From the IMG/VR virus record IMGVR_UViG_2693429676_000011: a stretch of 10,097 nucleotides of DNA; one strand, written 5' to 3'. Positions 6,396 to 10,097 of the stretch are shown piece after piece (within the stretch, counting starts at the first letter, position 1; each line of letters starts with the position of its first letter). The position numbers were made by a program, and so were the translations under genes. This stretch comes from a virus. Its lineage: Duplodnaviria; Heunggongvirae; Uroviricota; Caudoviricetes. Below the pieces are notes generated by a model that was not told where the DNA came from, did not search any database, and worked only from the letters and a program-made list of their open reading frames with translations.

Positions 6396-6562
6396 TTTTT
6401 GACCTGCCCTTCAAGCATTATGGGATAAATCTTCACCCCCAGACGTCCACCAGATACTGGCTGAGCACGAACGATATTGATTTCATCAAACTGCTCATCG
6501 TCCATTAACGGCGCTTATCCGGTGGTTCTGCAATAATTTTTATTGCCAACCTTCCGGACAGG
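5890..6562 (-). repeat. Tandem duplication, copy A (Q 5' part, rusA 3' remnant, junction)
   Basis: 5890..6507 aligns with 6563..7182 at an offset of 675 bp. 53 bp at 6510..6562 match 7247..7299. The 11-bp tccggacaggc occurs at 5879..5889, 6552..6562 and 7289..7299. Confidence 0.85.
6392..6505 (-). pseudogene. Duplicated 3' remnant of rusA (37 codons, MDDEQFDEINIVRAQPVSGGRLGVKIYPIMLEGQVKK) upstream of full-length Q
   Basis: Block 6396..6507 is identical to 7071..7182, the 3' end of intact rusA. Retains an in-frame ATG and the ATGA overlap with the Q start. Confidence 0.6.
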
Positions 6563-7070
6563 CAACTTTTACCACCTCCCTGACTTTTTTCCATTCTTCC
6601 CAGTAAGACGGATACACACCTTTCGTACACTTTGCCCATACCGGCGGCTTACCATCCGGATACTGGACCTTGTTTGTAAAAACTACGCTTTCAATAAATT
6701 TTTCCCCATAGCAACAAGGGCACTGCTTTTTACTCGCTGCGCTGCGGGCATAATCCTCAAAAGCGTACGAAGCCATAATGCGCATCACTACCGGTTTTAT
6801 TTCTGCCGGAAGTTTTCTCAACGCCGCCACACGATCGCACCGACTGAGTGCATAATCTGCCAGTAATTCTGTTGCCCGCGCCCTGTCATTCATACTAATG
6901 CCCATTTTCCCAAGGAACGCAGAAACCCCCATCTCAGCCCGATTCTGTGTCATGCCCTGCGCGGCCATCACATCAGTGATACTCAGCGCATCTTTCGACG
7001 TTGAGGCCGATGCATCAGTCAGGCCGGGGGATTTTGGGGAGTAGTATTTCGGTAAATCTTCCAGTTTCAT
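6540..7070 (-). pseudogene. Truncated paralog of Q (Q'), 176 codons: the Q N-terminal region (through KVACPE) plus 3 junction codons
   Basis: Matches full Q through ...KVREVVKVACPE, then reads GWQ-stop across the duplication junction. Eight amino-acid differences from Q cluster in the middle. Start ATG overlaps the rusA TGA (ATGA). Confidence 0.7.
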
Positions 7071-7299
7071 TTTTTGACCTGCCCTTCAAGCATTATGGGA
7101 TAAATCTTCACCCCCAGACGTCCACCAGATACTGGCTGAGCACGAACGATATTGATTTCATCAAACTGCTCATCGTCCATTAGCAACCCCGCATGCGTCA
7201 GCGCATCCAGCGGCGCTTTCAGAATATTGTCCAGGTCACGGCGGCGCTTATCCGGTGGTTCTGCAATAATTTTTATTGCCAACCTTCCGGACAGGCTTA
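6563..7299 (-). repeat. Tandem duplication, copy B (Q' 5' part and 3' half of intact rusA)
   Basis: See copy A. Copy B carries about 60 bp (7183..7245) that are absent from copy A. Confidence 0.85.
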
Positions 7300-7447
7300 A
7301 TTTCAGCCGCTGCTGGCGAACAATAAGCGCCACTGCCCGGCGATAACGCTCCCCGGCTTTTGATACAAAATATGTGCTGCCACGACGACGCCAGTAAGTG
7401 TTCACCGTCGGCGGGTAAGGTAAAACAAATTCTATGCGCTCGGTCAT
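7067..7447 (-). CDS. rusA: RusA-family Holliday junction resolvase, 126 aa
   Basis: Translation MTERIEFVLPYPPTVNTYWRRRGS...DKRRRDLDNILKAPLDALTHAGLLMDDEQ resembles the RusA pattern recalled from E. coli (PWPPSNNRYY...[22 protein letters not shown]). Sits in the usual nin-region position just upstream of Q. Confidence 0.85.
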   Translation of the reverse strand: MTERIEFVLPYPPTVNTYWRRRGSTYFVSKAGERYRRAVALIVRQQRLKLSLSGRLAIKIIAEPPDKRRRDLDNILKAPLDALTHAGLLMDDEQFDEINIVRAQPVSGGRLGVKIYPIMLEGQVKK

Positions 7448-8506
7448 TTATGCTTTCCACTTCAGAACACCCGAATTTCTCGCGTGCATTAAAAAACGAA
7501 TCAGCAACAACAGCTGACTGCCGTGTTTCTCTTCAAAATCTTTTACTCCGGCATGTAGTTCGTTACGGCATTTACGGCATAACGGAATAACAAACAAATC
7601 ATCAGCCTTTGTTCCCATCCCTCCCAGTCCATGACCAATGATGTGATGCGGATCATCTGCCTGATTGCCACACGTCATGCATTTCTGCGTTTTTACCCAG
7701 CGCGTGTATACAGGCATCTCTTCCCGTTGTGATTTCTGGCGCTGGAGATACTGAGCCGGTGACTCCGGATCAACGGCAATGCTGACCACCGTCTTTTCCT
7801 GTGGTGGGTTCTGTTGCTGGTGGACGTGAGGCAGTAACGCAATATTTTTTGTGCGCTGCTTCAGTATGCTGGTGGCTGTCTGCTCTCCCGGTATGATGTC
7901 GCTTTCACTGTACACAGAGCGAATTTTTTCCGCACGCAACCCCAGCGAACGACGTAATACCGCTTCCGGTAGCGCGTCCGCCACCTGATTGCGGACCGCC
8001 CACCAGGATAATTCAGCCAGAGATAATTCACGCTCCTGCGTACCGCTTATTGCGTGACCGATGACGTCAATCATCCATGCTGACAGGTTTTGATGAGCAA
8101 GTTGCTCGAGTGATTCGGATGTCTGGTCACGCAGCTGGTTGTCGCAGTGCCAGCACAACACCATTGCGCCGGTACCATAACGGTGAATGACGGTTTCGCT
8201 GTGATGATAATCGCCGTGTGGCCACTGGCAGGATTTAATATGGCGCAACAGCCAGTCAGACAATGCACCAGCACCACCAGCAGCACGAATCACCCGTGCG
8301 TTACTGAAAAACGGCAGCAATGTTTTGTCTTCCACCAGCGGCTGGCGAGCGGCAGGAACGACCCCGGACGGCAGATTACGCATGCTTTTTGGTTCCGGCT
8401 CCACCAGTATTCTGCCGTTATGGAATGCTGACATTGATTCACGGCCTGGCTTAACGATAACCAGGCCGAGTTCCGGTACCAGAACAGGTCGAAGTAATAC
8501 CCGCAC
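7448..8506 (-). CDS. DUF968/YdfU-like phage protein with a C-terminal HNH-like zinc motif, 352 aa
   Basis: C-terminal CMTCGNQADDPHHIIGHGLGG...CRKCRNELH. Size and position (between the rem-like ORF and Q) match ydfU of Qin-type prophages as I recall it. Stop abuts the rusA start. Confidence 0.7.
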   Translation of the reverse strand: MRVLLRPVLVPELGLVIVKPGRESMSAFHNGRILVEPEPKSMRNLPSGVVPAARQPLVEDKTLLPFFSNARVIRAAGGAGALSDWLLRHIKSCQWPHGDYHHSETVIHRYGTGAMVLCWHCDNQLRDQTSESLEQLAHQNLSAWMIDVIGHAISGTQERELSLAELSWWAVRNQVADALPEAVLRRSLGLRAEKIRSVYSESDIIPGEQTATSILKQRTKNIALLPHVHQQQNPPQEKTVVSIAVDPESPAQYLQRQKSQREEMPVYTRWVKTQKCMTCGNQADDPHHIIGHGLGGMGTKADDLFVIPLCRKCRNELHAGVKDFEEKHGSQLLLLIRFLMHARNSGVLKWKA

Positions 8507-8507
8507 A

Positions 8508-8786
8508 TTACCTCCAGATCCGTTGCTGGAATGTGCGGGACGGACGCGTTGGCCGTTCGGAGTAAGGGAGCCTGACGGAGATTATCCAGTGACGGTAGTC
8601 GAGGCTAAGGGCTTTTTTAACCTCGCATCCGCGCCTGCGGTAACACTGAATGAGCCATTCGGCCTGTTCTTCAGTGCATGGGGGATGCTGGTACCAATCA
8701 GATTTAAATGCGTGAGAGCGCCGCCCGTGCCTGCTGGCAAAGACGGCTGAATTATCAGAATTGTGTAGTCTGGAATTTTGCGCCAT
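8508..8786 (-). CDS. Hypothetical small protein, 92 aa; start uncertain
   Basis: ORF ends 1 nt before the next gene start. Arg/His/Trp-rich composition makes it less convincing and no family was recognised. Confidence 0.3.
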   Translation of the reverse strand: MAQNSRLHNSDNSAVFASRHGRRSHAFKSDWYQHPPCTEEQAEWLIQCYRRRGCEVKKALSLDYRHWIISVRLPYSERPTRPSRTFQQRIWR

Positions 8787-8852
8787 CGGCTTTCTCCGGT
8801 GGCACAGTGTTACTCAACAGGGGTTCAGCCCTGCGCTGAATTGTAGATGAAT

Positions 8853-9113
8853 TCACTCATCTTCAAAAGCAGAAAAACCAGCCTTAATCCCAGCTTCTTT
8901 CAGAGACGGCAACGATGTGACAAATTCATTTGCACGCGAAATAAAACCATCCGTCACAAGCCCATCCACAAAATGAATTAACGCAGCTCCACTCTTCCTT
9001 TGTTGAGACTGTAAACATTTAATACGGCAGTGGCTGACAATAGCGCCATTCTCAACGCGCACAGTATAGAGGCCATCTTCACTAAAAATTTCACGTAATT
9101 CTTCGATTTTCAT
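8853..9113 (-). CDS. Hypothetical small phage protein, 86 aa (possibly Rem-like by position)
   Basis: GGAAGGA Shine-Dalgarno about 8 nt upstream of the ATG at 9113; the six-frame track starts one codon earlier at a TTG. Position between hok and the ydfU-like gene parallels rem in Qin. Confidence 0.5.
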   Translation of the reverse strand: MKIEELREIFSEDGLYTVRVENGAIVSHCRIKCLQSQQRKSGAALIHFVDGLVTDGFISRANEFVTSLPSLKEAGIKAGFSAFEDE

Positions 9114-9235
9114 CAACAGAATCCTTCCAGATAAATAGCACTCCCCTGTTCGGGGTCCATCCCTCTTCTCCCTGCGCGCTACTTAAGTATTTTTGATTCT
9201 ATTCCGGCACCATCTAAAACTTCAAACGCGTTGAA

Positions 9236-9264
9236 AATAAAAACAAAAACCCGCCGAAGCGGGT
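9236..9264 (-). terminator. Intrinsic terminator of the hok transcript
   Basis: Minus-strand RNA ACCCGC-UUCG-GCGGGU followed by UUUUUGUUUUUAUUUU, about 70 nt after the hok stop. Confidence 0.7.
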
Positions 9265-9333
9265 TAAGTGTGGGTGCATTGAGGATGCCTGACCCATCAG
9301 AGGTGGCGAGGGATTTCTCCCCCGCCTGGTCTC

Positions 9334-9489
9334 TTACTCCTCAGGTTCGTAAGCTGTGAAGACAGCGACCTCCGTCTGGCCGGTTCGAATTCGTACCTCG
9401 CAGAGGTCTTTCCTCGTTACCAGTGCCGTCACAATGACGGTTAAACAGATGACGATCAGGGCGATTAACATCGCCTTTTGCTGCTTCAT
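9334..9489 (-). CDS. hokD: Hok-family type I toxin (HokD/RelF-like), 51 aa
   Basis: Translation MKQQKAMLIALIVICLTVIVTALVTRKDLCEVRIRTGQTEVAVFTAYEPEE matches my recollection of E. coli HokD/RelF. An upstream in-frame ATG at 9546 gives the 70-aa six-frame ORF and sits where mok lies in hok/sok loci. Confidence 0.9.
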   Translation of the reverse strand: MKQQKAMLIALIVICLTVIVTALVTRKDLCEVRIRTGQTEVAVFTAYEPEE

Positions 9490-9537
9490 AGCCTGCTTCT
9501 CCTTGCCTTTCGGCACGTAAGAGGCTAACCTAGATTT

Positions 9538-9608
9538 GCCGTTCATAGATTGAGCCTCAGATTAATGTTAAGCGTCTTGCCGGACGCGTAATGTTAACTG
9601 GGGCTTTT
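9538..9608 (+). ncRNA. Candidate Sok-like antisense RNA of the hok locus
   Basis: Plus-strand promoter-like elements: -35 TTGCCT (9503..9508), 17-nt spacer, -10 TAACCT (9526..9531). They parallel the R1 sok promoter as I recall it (TTGCGC, 17 nt, TATCCT). The predicted transcript is antisense to the mok start region and ends in a U-rich stretch (cuuuucucuaucugccuuuu). Ends are approximate. Confidence 0.4.
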
Positions 9609-9665
9609 CTCTATCTGCCTTTTGGTGTTCATGCCTGAGACAGATAGCCTCAAGCACCCGCTGCA

Positions 9666-9693
9666 ATTCTACTTAACTCTCCTTTTCCCGCAA
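9666..9693 (-). promoter_or_regulatory. Putative hok mRNA promoter
   Basis: Minus strand -35 TTGCGG (rc of 9688..9693), 16-nt spacer, -10 TAGAAT (rc of 9666..9671). The downstream sequence GCUUGAGGCUAUCUGUCUCA resembles the 5' end of R1 hok mRNA (GCUUGAGGCUUUCUGCCUCA) as I recall it. Confidence 0.5.
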
Positions 9694-9700
9694 ACCGTTT

Positions 9701-9784
9701 TTATCCCCAGCGGCAAATCGAATACACCACCAGCGCCACCGCCATCGCAATTCCTACCGTTGTTAATGCTTCAGGCCAGGTCAT
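9701..9784 (-). CDS. Candidate 27-aa hydrophobic membrane peptide [27 protein letters not shown]
   Basis: ATG overlaps the TGA of the upstream 103-aa ORF (ATGA). One predicted transmembrane segment. No Shine-Dalgarno was assessed, so the ORF is speculative. Confidence 0.3.
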   Translation of the reverse strand: MTWPEALTTVGIAMAVALVVYSICRWG

Positions 9785-10092
9785 CGTAAAATATCCTCCA
9801 CGCTTATCAGTCCGTTCCGCTCCAGATAACTCATCGCCTTATCCGGTAATTTGCAGTCTGGCTTCGCTTTTCTCAGTTGCCAGGTTAACTGCTTTACCAG
9901 CATGGTTAACTCATCGACCAGACGCTGATATCCCACTGGTTTGTATTCATGCAATTTACCGGCTGGCTCTGCTGCCAGCGATACCAGTGCGATTTCCAGA
10001 ACAGCAATATCCATCTTATATGTGCGGATGATGTCATGGTCGATTGTGCCCGGTATGCACAGTCTAGACTGGCCCCCTGAATCTCCAGACAA
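9781..10092 (-). CDS. Hypothetical protein, at least 103 aa, at the window edge
   Basis: Intact ORF ending ...[20 protein letters not shown]. No family recognised. It is not RelE or RelB by comparison with their sequences as I recall them. The true start may be internal ([10 protein letters not shown]...) or beyond the window. Confidence 0.45.
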   Translation of the reverse strand: MSGDSGGQSRLCIPGTIDHDIIRTYKMDIAVLEIALVSLAAEPAGKLHEYKPVGYQRLVDELTMLVKQLTWQLRKAKPDCKLPDKAMSYLERNGLISVEDILR

Positions 10093-10097
10093 CCAGT

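Noticed and set aside
5811-7183. Plus-strand ORFs 5811..6146, 6543..6866, 6326..6508 and 7001..7183, and minus-strand 5894..6091
   Set aside because: They are antisense or out-of-frame readings of the Q, Q' and rusA sequences; the pairs are just the two copies of the tandem duplication.
7152-8786. ORFs 7152..7346 (+), 7248..7460 (-), 7360..7590 (+), 8071..8286 (-), 8147..8431 (+), 8290..8508 (-), 8325..8750 (+)
   Set aside because: They overlap the better-supported rusA and DUF968 genes in other frames or strands, with low-complexity Arg/Cys/Ser-rich translations.
9550-10097. relE/relB upstream of hok, as in K-12
   Set aside because: No ORF in any minus-strand frame matches the RelE or RelB sequences as I recall them. 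The region instead holds a hok-type leader, a 27-codon ORF and an unrelated 103-aa ORF.

Overview
This window reads as the late-gene side of a lambdoid (Stx-phage-like / Qin-like) prophage of an enterobacterium, with every credible gene on the minus strand. All calls rest on reading the sequence and on recalled family features; no database search was run. In transcription order (high to low coordinates): a 103-aa ORF ATGA-coupled to a 27-aa hydrophobic peptide ORF; a hok/sok-type type I toxin-antitoxin locus with an intact R1-like leader; small ORFs and a DUF968/HNH-like gene; rusA; a truncated Q antiterminator copy and a full-length Q created by a ~675-bp tandem duplication; a lambda-like pR' with pause element and short tR'; a 65-aa HTH ORF; an orphan DNA methyltransferase; three phage tRNAs (Ile2-CAU, Arg-UCG, Arg-UCU); a ~1-kb ORF-free interval where Stx phages carry stxAB, filled with terminator-bounded repeat modules; the NanS-p esterase; an S21-type holin; a DUF1327-like ORF; and the first codons of a possible endolysin. 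No stx genes, CRISPR array, IS element or integrase is present. The most interesting parts are the structured stx-less moron site, the mosaic Q duplication, the hok locus lacking relBE, and the small HTH ORF plus palindrome upstream of the methylase.
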